In this document: piece after piece, positions 25,901 through 38,702 of the stretch
How the letters are laid out: each line of letters opens with the position of its first letter
How positions within the stretch are numbered: the stretch's first letter is position 1
Source: Microthyrium microscopicum
Taxonomy: Eukaryota
DNA length: 64,000 nt
Assembly: GCA_010405405.1 (NCBI GenBank)
Contig: MU004234.1
Location: 2,515,697-2,579,696, forward strand
Direction of reading: 5' to 3'
Translations under genes and position numbers: made by a program
The notes under the pieces: model-generated
Databases searched by the model: none
What the model saw: only the letters and a program-made list of their open reading frames with translations
What the model was told of the DNA's origin: nothing

Positions 25901-28900
25901 TCTAAAAATAGCCCTTACTAAGACGAGTCTAATGGTATAAAGCATATTATGATTTAGTATTATAGTGGTAGTTATTTTGGGAGGTGAAGAGGCAAATTCT
26001 AAGTATTTTGGTATTCCAACATGAGGTACAGTTTGTTGCGTGTTCCAAAATGAGGTACGGTTTGTTGCACTTTGGCCCTTATTGCGCGCCGTACCAACCA
26101 CCAAATGATGGTTCTGAGTCAGTGAGTCCTGACTCTGCTAATCCACTCGTGCCACTATCGTCGGAGCATTCGTTGGTTCCATGATAAGATCAATGGCGTT
26201 TTGGTCGGTCGGTGCATCATCAAATAGGCCTGGTCTCCCTCATACTTTCCAGGACTGGTAAAGCACACCGTAAAGATGTTTGAAACAATGCTTAGCTGCC
26301 CACGCGAAAGCCACGAGGAGACCACGCGACGGACAAGATAATCGAATCGAGACAACCGAGTCCATTGAAACCACCGTGTCTGGGTGGCCTTGATGCGGCA
26401 ATGTCCACTTAGAAGCCCGAGGCCCCCCATAGCCGAATCATGGAAAGATTCCATCAGGCCAATTCCACGTGTCTTGGTCTTTTCTTCTTCTCTTTTTCCT
26501 TGTCTCATAAGCACATAAGACGTCCGATGGAAATCGAGCTTATTACTGCCTACTGCATATCATACTTCGTATAAAATGCCACGCGACTTCCACTGGTGCA
26601 TTATTTCCACATGTCCATACACAACTGCTTTTGCATCTTATTCCTCAACATTTGTATATCAAATAATCTTCACGATAACTATTCTTTCCATTGGCGGCGC
26701 TAAGACATCTCAGTCATTGCTTTCTGGTAGCCTAGCATTGACGCCAAGTACCGTACCATGTCTCGCAATTGTCTTCTCAAATTCCATCTAGGGATTCTAG
26801 ACCATTTCAAATTTAATTTGAATCAAGAACCGTCCTCTTGGGTCTTTGTTCTGCGAAATCACATAGTGCTAATCTATTCCAGATGGTCGAATTGGTACAC
26901 TACCAAGCCAAACACGTGGAATAGATTCATTCATCTGGTCCTTGTCAACTCTCCCAGATTTTCCAGATAGGTACAAAGTTATACCAATGGATATCCGTAG
27001 TATTTCTAGTATCATTTCAACGACCAACCGCGTTCACCAATGGCTGATTTACCTGTGGCGAATGATTTACTACTTGCAACCTCTTGTCTCACCTTTCTCA
27101 ATATGTCTACTATCTGAAACACTACATCCTACATCCCGCAATCCATTCCGACCATGGATCCTTGCCTTCAGCCTATATATCAGCTGCGTTAAGGTAGTTC
27201 TTGCCGGCTTCTCTCCAACCATGACTAAGGGGTCCCCGATGTTGCATGGATGGGCAACGGGTATCCAGTACATGTCCCAAGTAGCTGGAACTCGCCACAT
27301 GTAATCAATCCAGTTTCATATTCAGCTTGCCAAAGTACATGATAAGAGGCTGGAAATTACGACACTTGAAAAGCAATCGGGAGTTCAGTGTCTCAACAAC
27401 ACTTGTTCAGATTTCTAGAAGTCTTAGCCAAATTCTTGAACTTCCGTGCCGATTCCAGAACAAAAAGTATAATTTTGTTTCTCTGTACATCATCCGTGGA
27501 CCCAGACTGCCGACGACGGTTGTCTCATCACCACATGGCACACCTGCATGTCCACCAGGTTGTCAGCCACAGTATCACGCATCGGATGCATGCATGCAAC
27601 GTGGGAAACGACACGGGTATAGTCATATTTCGCCTCTGTGTCCGTGAGTAACAAATCGCCGCCGCCGTCGCTGCGTAGGCTACCTAGTTCATCATTGTTA
27701 GCACTTATAATTTAATGTTATGGCAAGACATCATATTTGGGTAGACTAGCAGCATCAAACAAAGCCAACCTTGCTCCGTCACTGTTGAACTTTCCGGCCT
27801 CGCCGGGCTGGGTAAACTAGAGCTAGGCTGTCCAGAATTAAAGGGCCACGCGAAGAACAGATAAGGACTTTTCTAGCCGAGATCCAAGGAAATGTTCCTT
27901 GATGGAAAAGGCCCGGCCATACTCCTTGCACACCGTCTTTGGTCCCATCGTCGTCCAATGGCGTTGGGTTACCTAGAAACGAATCATGGACCCAGGACCA
28001 CGTGGGCACAGGCAGCGGCACGATCCGGTCTAATGAATTGAGCAGAGAGTTGCCCATGAATAATGATGCACGGTGGATTGTGGTTGTTGAGTTCTGGATC
28101 ATCAAACTTGAGAAAGTCTTGTAGCGTCGGAGCCTTCGGGGCAAGACTGCTCTTTCTGATATAGTGTTCCCGCTAGCTATCGGATCCATTGTGTCGGCAT
28201 ATAATCCTGGAATATAAGTTCTTGGCTCATAATATGATTTGATGGCTCAGAGTGCTGCTTTTATTTATAGATAGGTGCAGGCATGGCTATAGAGCGCTAA
28301 CTTTGTAAATAGGAGAGGATTGGATAACAGGATTGTGGTAAATGACAAGGACATACTCTTCTTTAATGACACGCAGGCCAATTGCAGACCATTTCCTCCA
28401 GTAAGCTTTTCAAGATAACCTTGCGTGCATTGTTCAAAGAGTAAAGTTGCAAACGTTTAAAAAAGGCTTTCACGAAGTCAGATAACTTTGACAAGGCGAA
28501 GTTGCTGTTCTACCAGTTGCCGACTATCCATTCTTATGTCAACCATATGCACAATAGGTAGGTTCGATGTAGCTGTAGCTAGCACGATTAGAATGTGAGC
28601 ATATTTTGATGCCGACATCGTATGCTTTCGCATAAAAATACGAAGAGATAGGCAAGCGGATAGAAAACTAGATCCGGTCGAAATCAAACTAAGAAACTAC
28701 ACAAGTGAAGAAAGAGGAATATGAAATAGAGGTTCCAAATACGACTTTTGCAAGGGAGACAACGTTTAGGCGGAGGGTACATGATACTAATGTAGGTTTT
28801 TATAATACGCCGTATGGGATATGCACTGGCCAAACAACACGGCATCTCATGCAAAGTCCAATGCGAGTACGAATTACGACTATTGCCGAGATTTTGAGCC

Positions 28901-29624
28901 AGCAGGATGAATTAAGATCACGTTTCTTTTACTACTCTGACCAGGAAATCGTACCTTCATACTAAGTTCATATCTATTCTTACATGTTTCGTGCGCACTT
29001 TCGTTGCTTTGACAAATTCATTGTCAAGACCAGATTTCGAAAGTAAAGCCAGCCTTCGTAGAATAACACTGGGACATCAGGCACATGAATACAATTTGAA
29101 ACGGATTCTTGAAGATGCAAGATGTTCATTGTAGTCTGCCGCTCAGTACTTCTCCGTTATGTCATCAAGTATACTGTGAGCATTCTCATCGACTTGTAAT
29201 TCAATATAAGAACTACTTGGCCATTTCTAAAAGTTCCTATGAGCTTGGATTTGGTAAGCTGTACAATTATCTCCCCTATTCGAAAGTTATATCTCAAGGA
29301 AATAGAGTTCCTAGTCTACATAACTTTTACAAGGGCAGCCTCCCTTATAATCTTTGATATCATCACATTGGATCTTTTGTCCACCAAGTAGATTTCTTTT
29401 GAAGACGCCTGAGTGCTGCGTGAATTATACAACATACGAGTCGTTCGAGTAATAATATGAGGTCACACTGATGGGTTATACTTGAGATTGTGGTGAATGG
29501 GACAACTTATTCTCATTATAAATTAGCTTTAAACTTTGCAATTCTTGTACAATCAATCATCTTCCCGCTCCTGCTCCAAGCCTCTATCCAAGCTCTGTTT
29601 TCACACAATAATGACTTTGACTCT

Positions 29625-30848
29625 TCAAAAACCGTTCTTTTTGATGAAATTTTGAATGTGTTGGTATGCATTCATAGCTTCGTAGTGGAAGTTGATTCCA
29701 TGTCCGGAACCGGGCACGACGTACCAGTCGGAATTGTTATTGGCGTTTGGATAGAGATTGTCTTTGACTGCAGCGAGCTTGTTATATGGGAACATACAAT
29801 CACCGTGACAATTTGGTAGGTCGTACTCGCCAGTCACCACTTCTATAGGTCCAGTGAAGTTTTCGGCGACCGCAAATGTTCCAAACGTCAGGTATTCGCC
29901 CAAAGTGATGGTTGACTTCGTCGCGTCAGCAAGTTCGAGGATTTTTGGGTCAAATCCAGGTGCTCGAAAGAAGAAGAACTGGTCACCAAGTGCCGAACTT
30001 GAGGTCAGGTAGCCATTAGACAGATTGGAGAAGCGAGAAGGTACGGCTTGGGAAGCAATTGTTAGATCTAAACCAGCAAATGCAATAGGTTCGCCGTCCG
30101 TGGCATTGGAAAATCCCGTGAAAACGGCAGCGTCAACATCTTTGGGGTATGCGGCCGTGAGAAGTTGCAATTGGAAGCTGCCGTAAGAATGGCCCACGCC
30201 TACAACATGCTCAAATTTTTGACCTGCAATGCCGCCGGTTCGGAGAAGATGGACAAGTTCGTGTACGATGGAAACTTGGAGACCTGTTTGTACAACTTGT
30301 AACGCGTCAGGATGATCGGAGAGACCTGTACCAAGACGATCGAAGAAGAAAGTGGTGTATCCTTGCTCTGCAGCAGAATCTACATATGAGTAGCCCGGCG
30401 CGACATTCCAGTAATTTCGATCAAAACCGCTACCAGGCACGAGAAGTTGAATCGTCGTGGAGTTGATTACGCCCTGGGCAGCAGGGAAGCAGAGCTCCGA
30501 GTAGATTCCATAGGTTCCACTGACATGGGTTTGGTTCCCTACAAGCCGTTGTCTGACTGTTGAGTCGATTTGAACGCTCTCGACGAAGAGTTCCGTGACT
30601 GCAGTTTGATTTGTTGGCACTCCACCGTTGATGTGAAGATTTGTTCCCGATGCTGTGACATCTACTAAGCCTGAAATGCAAATGGCTTTGCCATTGGCCG
30701 ACGGCTGTACAGTTGCATTCGTGAATCCAGCCTTGTAGCCAGCTGGAATATTCGCAATGTCGGTCTGGCTTGTGGGATTTTGGTTGACGGGAGCGGCATG
30801 TACACATGCGATCAGTGCCATGACAGCCGAAAAAGTGCGCGAATGCAT
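29625..30848 (-). CDS. Secreted alpha/beta hydrolase
   Basis: Signal peptide MHSRTFSAVMALIACVHA from ATG 30848. DRLGTGLS, nucleophile elbow GHSYG, GEYD acid and GHG His motifs. Intronless. Confidence 0.9.
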   Translation of the reverse strand: MHSRTFSAVMALIACVHAAPVNQNPTSQTDIANIPAGYKAGFTNATVQPSANGKAICISGLVDVTASGTNLHINGGVPTNQTAVTELFVESVQIDSTVRQRLVGNQTHVSGTYGIYSELCFPAAQGVINSTTIQLLVPGSGFDRNYWNVAPGYSYVDSAAEQGYTTFFFDRLGTGLSDHPDALQVVQTGLQVSIVHELVHLLRTGGIAGQKFEHVVGVGHSYGSFQLQLLTAAYPKDVDAAVFTGFSNATDGEPIAFAGLDLTIASQAVPSRFSNLSNGYLTSSSALGDQFFFFRAPGFDPKILELADATKSTITLGEYLTFGTFAVAENFTGPIEVVTGEYDLPNCHGDCMFPYNKLAAVKDNLYPNANNNSDWYVVPGSGHGINFHYEAMNAYQHIQNFIKKNGF

Positions 30849-31613
30849 TTTCGTTGAAGTATGAATGATTAGGATCTGAAGTAGAGAAGACTGTCGTTTG
30901 AGATGTTCTGTTCTGAAGGTTTGGGTTTCTTCTATTGGCATCCAGGAGCCGCCTACTTATACTCGTGAAGATTCCACTTGCCTGTGTCTAGAGACATGGG
31001 ATGAAGGTTCCGTGTCTTCCGTGCCTCCTGCACACTTTGACAGAGGGACAACTTTCAAGCTCTTTACGGTTGACCGTATACGAGTAACAGTTCGCGACAT
31101 ACATGCATACTGACGTACCGAGACTAAATGTTCGTCAATATAATATCCTGGGAAATGGCATGCTTCAATAGCTTGGATGAAAGTAGTGCTGACAAATGAC
31201 TCGCTAGAAAGCGATGCTACATATTTTCAAGTTACGGGCTTCAGAGAATGTCGGAGTTGGTGTTGTCAAAAGTCAACTGCATTCAAGCTCAGGGGTTGTA
31301 CATTCGCATTTCGTATTTCGTATTTCGCATTTAGCCTGATATTCACCACCCGTTGACTTGGAATCGGAATTTTCGTATCTCGCATTCTGCTGTTTGTCTA
31401 AAGTATGTAATCAAATGCGGTTATACAAATTTGGAACGTGGTAACTCCTTTCCTCTTGTATTCCTGCGGAAAGTATATATATTCCATTTGAAGGTACGAT
31501 TTAATGTCCACAACATTACATCTTTTCCATTCACTTTCATCTACGAGTTCATTCTTCTAAAAGTCAATTAACTGCCACTCAAACTCAATCCGTCAGTCTT
31601 CACCTTCGCAAAA

Positions 31614-32484
31614 ATGCATTCTTCACGAGTTCGCTCCAGTGGATCTACTCAAGTGGTTCTCCCAGCTTCAAAGTCGAGCGCCTTCTCCAAGATGCTGCCT
31701 ATCGACAAATCGGTTCATATCACATCGAGTCTGACATTGGCATGGCTGCTAATCAGTATTCCACTCGTGATCTGGGTACCTATTCATTTCTGCCTTGTTT
31801 GTAGAGTTATACTTACCAACTCCTAGGACTGTGGATTTGTTCTTCTCAGACCCTGGACTATGCCTGGAGGTGCCCTTCACTGGCCCATTTGGGCTCCATA
31901 TGAGATCTACGTGCGAACAGATTACATCTATGGTTGGAAAGCCATCGAGGAGAACAACGGCTTCACGGCAGCGCAAGGGTTTATGAACATCCCAGAAACC
32001 ATGCTTTACCTCTATTACCTTTATGTCGTTTACACCCAAGGTGTTCAACCAAAGTCTCTCTCTGCAGGATCGAAACCCAGCTTTCTCGCCGAGAGATATG
32101 TTGGGGGTCGGGCTGGTGCACTGGCACTAACAGCCGTTTTCACTGGAGCTGTTATGACATTGGCTAAGACGGTGCTGTATGGTATGTATTTACTAGCTCG
32201 CTCTCAGCCATCAGACTGCTGACAATTGTAGGACTCAATGAGTTCTTTTCTGGGTATAGCAATGTGGGACACAATGATTTGAGTTCTCTCGTATCCTTTT
32301 GGATTATCCCAAAGTAAGCCTTTTCAATTTTCGTTATCCTTAGCAGAACTGATTGTGGTACAGTGGAGCATGGCTTGTAGCCACAGCTATCATGGCTGTT
32401 GCATACGGCAAAGAGATTGTGGAGAGATTATCTTTGGCCGTCCCAAGTTCACCAGAGGAGCTGTCTTCCGTAAAGAACGATTAG
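31614..32484 (+). CDS. Multi-pass membrane protein, EXPERA/emopamil-binding-like family
   Basis: Four exons (introns 31776-31826, 32182-32231, 32314-32363) splice in frame. Reads LVIWDCGFVLLRP...PYEIY..DY.YG...AQ...AKTVLY...FWIIPNGAW. Confidence 0.8.
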
Positions 32485-32738
32485 AGCTTGATGAGCATCG
32501 TGGGCACGCGGGATCAGGCTGACAGATCGTTGAAGTTGTAATGTTCCATACTGGACACGGAAGCTGTTCTTGAAGGCGAGCATGCCGGAGTTTCTGGGTT
32601 TATTTCTTAATTCATGTACTGCATATTCTGTTCGAATTTTAGATTGCGAAGGAGATAGTCTTAATAGCAAGTGTTGTCTTTTGAGGAAATACCAATTCTT
32701 ATAGCAGTAGTGAATAAGATACTCTCAATAGCAGAGTC

Positions 32739-34208
32739 TCAAAGTCCGCTGAATCCACCACCTAATGGCGAAGATAGGCTTTTGCCTGCCCCGTGTTGCT
32801 TGAACTCCGTCAGAACGAGATTTTGAAGCAGCCAAGTGATCCAGCCTTCCCATTCTTTACCAATCTTGCTATGAATGGTCTGAAGTAGACGTCTACTCAT
32901 GCCCTGCACAAACCACACATGTTCAGCCTTGTTGAGCAGTAGCGAGTAATGGGCCAGTATGATGAGTGCCTCTGGTCTGAACTCTTTAACCATGCTTAAG
33001 AACACTTCTGGGACTTTGATGGGCCAAGCGTATATGATTGTGACTATGTCGACCTGTCGATCGTCGGAAAATGATGCAACCAATGAACAATTGTCCTGTA
33101 GCAAAGCGACGGTATCGTTGAACGCTTGAATTTCCACTTCCGTGAATTTTCCTGGTGATTGTACCCAGAGTTGACTCAGCTCTGTCAGTTTGTCTCTGAT
33201 AACGGGATCCTCAGCATTCGGCGGCGTAGGGTCTTCTGGCCGAGGGAATAGAATTGGCTTCAGAAGGCTGGTTCCCATCCATTCGAACGTCGCATTGAGA
33301 AGTATATATACACCTCGTAGGAGACTGGCCCATTCGATTTGCGAATCCTCCTCAAACGTTGATGTGTCTGAGAAGAATAAATCGGCGGCTTGATTGGACG
33401 ATGCCCAGGCGTACGCAGCGATTAGTGTCGAGAAGGCAAGACACGCATCGCAGTTTTCAGGTGTGATGTTCGACATTGCAATGCGGAACTTGCTCAGTCC
33501 GAGTTCATGATGCGCAGAGGCTTCACCTTGTAGCAAAGCCTTGCGCTCTGGTTGAGAGAGTGCCAAATGTAATGCTGAGAGAGCCAGAATACCATGGAGG
33601 AGGAAGTCGTGCGTGAAAGCAATTTGAGGTACTACCTGCTGCCATATTTGTTGCAATTCTGTCCGATTTGACAATGTGAAGCTGGTAGTAGTGGTGTAGA
33701 AATGCAACAACTCGAGATTGCCTACCTCCAGGCTAAGACCACTCTGAGCGACAACTGATGGGCCGTCTGAGATAGTAGATGTAGATCGAGATCCACCGCG
33801 GATGTTGGGTTGATGTGGAGAGAGTAACGGTCCTCCTATTGTGGCGTTTGTAGCAGTAGACGAGGTCGATATTGTGCTGGGATAAGTGCACGTCGACTGA
33901 AGCCTCCTACAATGGCTACACGATGGTTTCCGCTCATCACACTAGATGAAAATAATCAGCGCCAATTAATCAAGCAAACGAGGTTTTGCAAGGAAGCACA
34001 AGCAATTAACACATGGGACAAGCGTCTTAATTCGACAAGATTTATGGCTGGAATAGATAGGTACAAATGATAGCGAGAGAACAAAAACGAGGCAGTGGCA
34101 TACCTTTATTTTCTTCTGCTTACATTGTTGACATCCGCTTCTACTCTTTTTGTGGGGTCTTCTCTGTCCAGGAACTTTGTGACCTGCGTCCGGCGGTGTC
34201 ACTGGCAT
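32739..34208 (-). CDS. Zn(II)2Cys6 transcription factor, Upc2/Ecm22-like
   Basis: RRPHKKSRSGCQQCKQKKIK|CDERKPSCSHCRRLQSTC across intron 33942-34103. C-terminal LELLHFY...VPQIAF..DFLLHGILALSALHL domain. Confidence 0.92.
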
Positions 34209-35129
34209 TCTTCCTTGGAATGCAGCCTGAAAGAAGCTCGATTACTATGGTACGAACGTGAGGCGATATGCAGACTCAATTTACTTGTCTTTTCAAGATA
34301 ATGTCAGCTAGGAGAGGGTTGAAGAGTTCGAGAGAGTTGTAGACAAAGGATGATACAGTGCTGCCAAGGTTATGTTGTCCCCCCGTCGATTTGGATGGTT
34401 TACGGAACACGCCGTAATTAGGTAGATGTATGGGACGAGATAGGCGTTATAGTGCAAATTTATAGGGCGCCGCCTAGTTATAGCCTATTAGCAACTCTTA
34501 AAAACTATTCTTTCTATATACTATATTTTAGGTTACTTTTAAAGCTATGCTAGTAATGTAAATAGTAGAATAGTAGTATTTAATTACTACTTATTTATTA
34601 CTTTATAATGTCTTAAAATAGTAGTATTCCTACTAGTTAATAGCGTTTAAAGCTCTTTAATAATAATTATATCTTAATAGAGCTAATTAGGCTATAATCT
34701 TAAGTTAGGTTCCTAAAGATATTAAAGCTAAAGTGAGTAGAAGAATAGTATTCCTACTAGTAAAGTTAAAGATCTAGAGTTAAAGATATTAAATAGCATA
34801 GAATTATTAACGCTAAGAGCTATTTTATTAGTAATTAGATCTAATAATAGTAAAGAAACTAAAAATCTAGTACTAGCGACGCTAATAGGGTATCGTTTTA
34901 AAGTTAATAAAGAAGTAAGAGTAATAACTATAAGATATTCTATTAATCTAGTCTAAAATTATTAAAATATACTTATTTAACGTTATTTTATCTTTAATAA
35001 TTCCTTAATATTTTCTATATAACTTCTTACTACTATTTTAGTACTAAAATACTTCTTAATACTATAGTTTATACTTATTAGGTCCTTAGTCCTATCTAAT
35101 CCTTAAATTGCTATATCTTAACGCGTATT

Positions 35130-36870
35130 ATAAGTAAATACTATATACTAGTACCTAAAAAGGCTATAAGATAGTTATTTAAGATCTATATAGATATAGG
35201 TAGAATTTCTTTACTAAAAATGCCTATACTAGCCCTAAAGGCTCTAGCTATATCTTTTTATCTTAGGGATTTAATTCCTATATCTTATATTAAGCCTACG
35301 CTATTACCTATTCTTTATAGTAAAGTTAATATAAATACTATTATTTTTAATTATTTACTAATACTATTAGCTTCTTAGATTTAACTAAATAAGTATTCTT
35401 TATAATAAAATAGTAAGACTTAAGATATCTTAGAATACGCTACTAATAGATTATATCTTTAAAATATTAATATTACTTAACCTCCTTTAGTTAAAGTAAC
35501 CTAAAATATTCCTAATACTACTTAGGATATTATTTATAAATATTAATATAGCCTAAACTATATCTAAGAAATATATTTACTTAGAACTAGTACTTAAAAT
35601 ATTATAATAGATAGTGCTTAGTATCTTAAAATATTTTTACTTAATTTTAGTGCCTTAGTTTTCTAGATTAACTCTACGCTATTAGCTTTACTAGTATCTA
35701 AATTCCCTCCTAAAATTACTATTATTATAAAGATTTAAAAGTAAGAAATACCTACTATTAAGAATAAATTTAATTATTTTTACTAAAGCCTAGTTAACGC
35801 CTTTAAAAAGACTTAGGAATAGCTTAATTTACGCTTAAAAGAGTAAGGAATAATATTTAGTTCTACTATCTTAATATAAACGTTTTTAAAGTAATAGATA
35901 AAGAAAAGTACTTAAGATCTTTAGTATAGCTTTAGTATTAATTTAGGCTTAAGTAATAAAGAGCTTAATAGTATTCTTACTCTAATCTAGCGCTAAATTA
36001 CTTACTAGTACTAGTCTAATTTCTATAAGAACTCTTAATGCGTTAGTAATTCTAAATAGAAGGTTTTATTTAGTATTATTAAGCTTAAATAACCTCCTCT
36101 AGCGTTAGTAATAGTAGCTAAGATGCTTAAATAGGCGAATTTACGTTATAAAGAATACTAACGCTATATAAATTCTACCTTAGAATTTGTTATATTATTA
36201 AGCAAATAGCTATATTAGGATAATTACTATCTAAATTACCTTAATAGTAGTTATTACTAGATTAATTCTCGTAGTAAATATATCTTCCTAATAGCTATAA
36301 TGTTAAACGAGTAGGCCTAAAAGATAGCCTCTAATAAGGCTAGAATTAAAGCATTACCTAAAATTATAATATTAAACCTATTAGAAGCTATAGCTATTTA
36401 AAGAGCTTGTTATTAAACTATAACTATAATAATAATAATAGCATTAAATTCTACTTTATAACCTATTTATATTAATATTTACTACGATTAAGAGAGCTTA
36501 AACTTACTTAGTAGAGCCTCTAGTAGGGTCTAGAGTAGCTAGAACTAGCGTATGCGCTTAGGCTCTTTACTACGTTGTAGTAGATTACCTATAGCTTTAG
36601 GTTTAATTCTTAAGCTATTGTTAGTCTAAAAATATTATCTAGAGGAAGAATTTAATATATTTAATAGCTAGTATAATATTAATTTAGGGTTCTAATAGTA
36701 TTTAGTGTTTTTAGCTATTATTAAGGCTCTTTAGGATAAAGGATATTATTTAGGTTATATAGTAGGTAAAGATTATACTTAGTTTAAGTACCTTTTAATA
36801 GGAGCTATAATATAGGATTTTAATGATATAATCTAACTTTATAAGGAATTTATTACTAATTTTCGTTAGT
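35130..36870 (+). pseudogene. Accessory ORF2 of the Tc1-like element (putative Zn-binding protein), RIP relic
   Basis: One frame is kept for ~1.7 kb with only TAA/TAG stops, and an in-frame ATG survives at 35220. De-RIP 36205-36360 reads KWPCQDNHCPN...YCWIDSRGKHIFL...LNEWA, followed by an S/T-rich tract and a helical C-terminal part. Confidence 0.65.
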
Positions 36871-36899
36871 ACTATATATATTAAATTTCTCTTCTTAAT

Positions 36900-38314
36900 A
36901 ATACTAGTTCTAAGTAGAATAGGTAAGATTTATAGTAGTAGTAGTTTAATATTAAATTCTTATTATAGTATAAAGAAGTTAGAATTAGAAGTAATAATTA
37001 AAGCTATTTCCTAGATATTCTTATATAACCCTAGGCCCTACTAGGTCTAAATAATATAACTACTATATTAAATATATTTTATAGCTTAATTCCTATTTGC
37101 TACTTCCTTACTTAAAACCTTTATTCCTATACTTAAAAACTATTTAAACGATATAGATTTTTTATAAGAATACTACTAAGTGTTGTTACCCTTAAGCTAA
37201 GCCTTTAAATTACTAAAGAACAAAGAACTCCTTAATAGGGTTAAAATCTAGGCAGTAAGGTAGTAAGAATTCTAATTATACCTCTATAGTCTTAAATATC
37301 TTATAGACCTCTTTACTATAATAAAAGGACGTATTATCTATAATAATAATACTTTAAAGAAGAGGATAAGGCTAATAGATATCTAGAAGCTTATTCTTAT
37401 ACTACTAAGTAAAACTATTACTATTACTATTAGCTTTATAGATATCTACTAATAGGATACTATTTATACTATATACTAGTAAGATATTATACTATTTAGT
37501 ATAGTTACTAATATTCTTTAATTTTTACTTATCTAACGCTAAAAAGCTCTTAATATTTAGTTTAATACCTACTTTACTCTATCTTATTATTCTTAAGACG
37601 CTAGTAATACTATATCTTACTTTATTAATAAAGATAAGCTATTTAGTAGTATATTTTAATATCTATAAGTAATATTTATAATAAGCTTTAGTAGAGCGCT
37701 AAGCTATAATAACCTTTAACTACTAAAGGTAAGAATACGCCTAAAGATTAATTAGTTTATTACTTACCTTCTTTTTAGTATAGTTATATTAATTTAGGAC
37801 TTAAGAGATAGTAGTTTAACTTAATACTACTTTATACGTATTCTAGATAAACTCTAATATCTTAATTTATATTAAATTAAGTTAATAAAGAAGATATTTA
37901 AATAATCTAACCTATATGTTAAAATCTATTACTAGTAGAGGACCTAAATATACCTTTATAGAATTAAATAAGCCTTTAATCTTTATTATTTAATACTAAT
38001 ATTTAATTATATTTTTATAGTATCTAATAGCTTTAGTAATAAAACTCTTATTATAGCTAAGCTTAATTATATCCTATACCTATTTTTAGCAATACTAATT
38101 AAGATAGCGCAATATATTAAAGAGTTATTTAGTATAGTGTTAAAATACTAAAAATTAAGATATTTAATAAAGATTTAGCTTTAGGATAGATAATATTATA
38201 ATTTAGGAAGAAGATAATATTAGTAAAATTAATCTAAGAGGCTATGCCTACAAATTTATATACTAACGCACTCTTTAGATCTTCTCGCCCTCTAATTAGG
38301 CCCTAAAGCGCCAT
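36900..38314 (-). pseudogene. DD34E transposase, RIP relic
   Basis: De-RIP motifs QLIFIDE (~37625), ILPAYSIDG, RSIIVMDNASFHH (~37337) and LEFLPPYCPDFNPIEE (~37233). There are 34 codons between the second D and E. A 7-bp duplication GTTCTTT frameshifts the gene just after the E. Confidence 0.9.
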
Positions 38315-38702
38315 TTCATAATTTCAGGGGGGGGACAACATAACCTTGGCAGCACTATAGAAGGATGATTTGTACCCAATGAAGTTATGCGCTCCTGCTC
38401 CGCCACACCCTATACGACGTATAACTTACAGAGCAGATAAGCCTCCTCCCACTTTGCTTGAAACCTGTGGAGTCCTGGTAATACTGGAACGAAAGGAGAA
38501 TAATAAATAAATTCATCTTGCATACAAATTTCAGATCTTGTTCCAAAATCTTATCACTGTGTATGACCTGGAATATCTTCAAAACAATCCTGATATACTC
38601 TTTTGATGCAAAGACAGCCCATATTTCATTATGATGGGAATAAAACGCCTAATATCAAAACTAGAGCGGCCAACTAATACTCTACGGTAATCGTCAGCCG
38701 AG

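Larger units (their letters stand above)
1..25950. repeat. AT-rich RIP-mutated repeat block (nested TE relics)
   Basis: CA/TG dinucleotides are almost absent, TA is greatly enriched and CG is partly retained. The ORF track has nothing before 25889. Normal composition resumes at ~25.95 kb. Confidence 0.97.
34356..38357 (-). mobile_element. 4.0-kb Tc1/IS630-type (DD34E, Ant1-like) DNA transposon, RIP-inactivated, with a second ORF
   Basis: 29-bp TIRs CAGTGCTGCCAAGGTTATGTTGTCCCCCC at 34356-34384 and 38329-38357 (one RIP-type mismatch). TA on both sides (34354-55, 38358-59). RIP composition inside. Confidence 0.95.

Noticed and set aside
1..25950. Starship element or centromere
   Set aside because: No tyrosine-recombinase (DUF3435) captain was recognised. 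Centromere identity cannot be judged from sequence, and the block's left extent is outside the window.
25889..29357. Short ORFs in the boundary zone, with a faint HET-like impression near 26150-26500
   Set aside because: No complete motif, no consistent splice pattern, and overlapping ORFs on both strands.
34400..36900. Fanzor/TnpB cargo in the oversized Tc1 element
   Set aside because: No RuvC-like DPG / E / RD.NA motifs could be recovered in the de-RIP frames I read; ORF2 shows a different Cys/His motif.
38411..38417. TATACGA (reverse of the Upc2 element TCGTATA) displaced from the TF promoter by the transposon; also at 31077
   Set aside because: The same 7-mer occurs at ~26567, 45408, 50856 and 51067, about what chance predicts, so it is not evidence of regulation.
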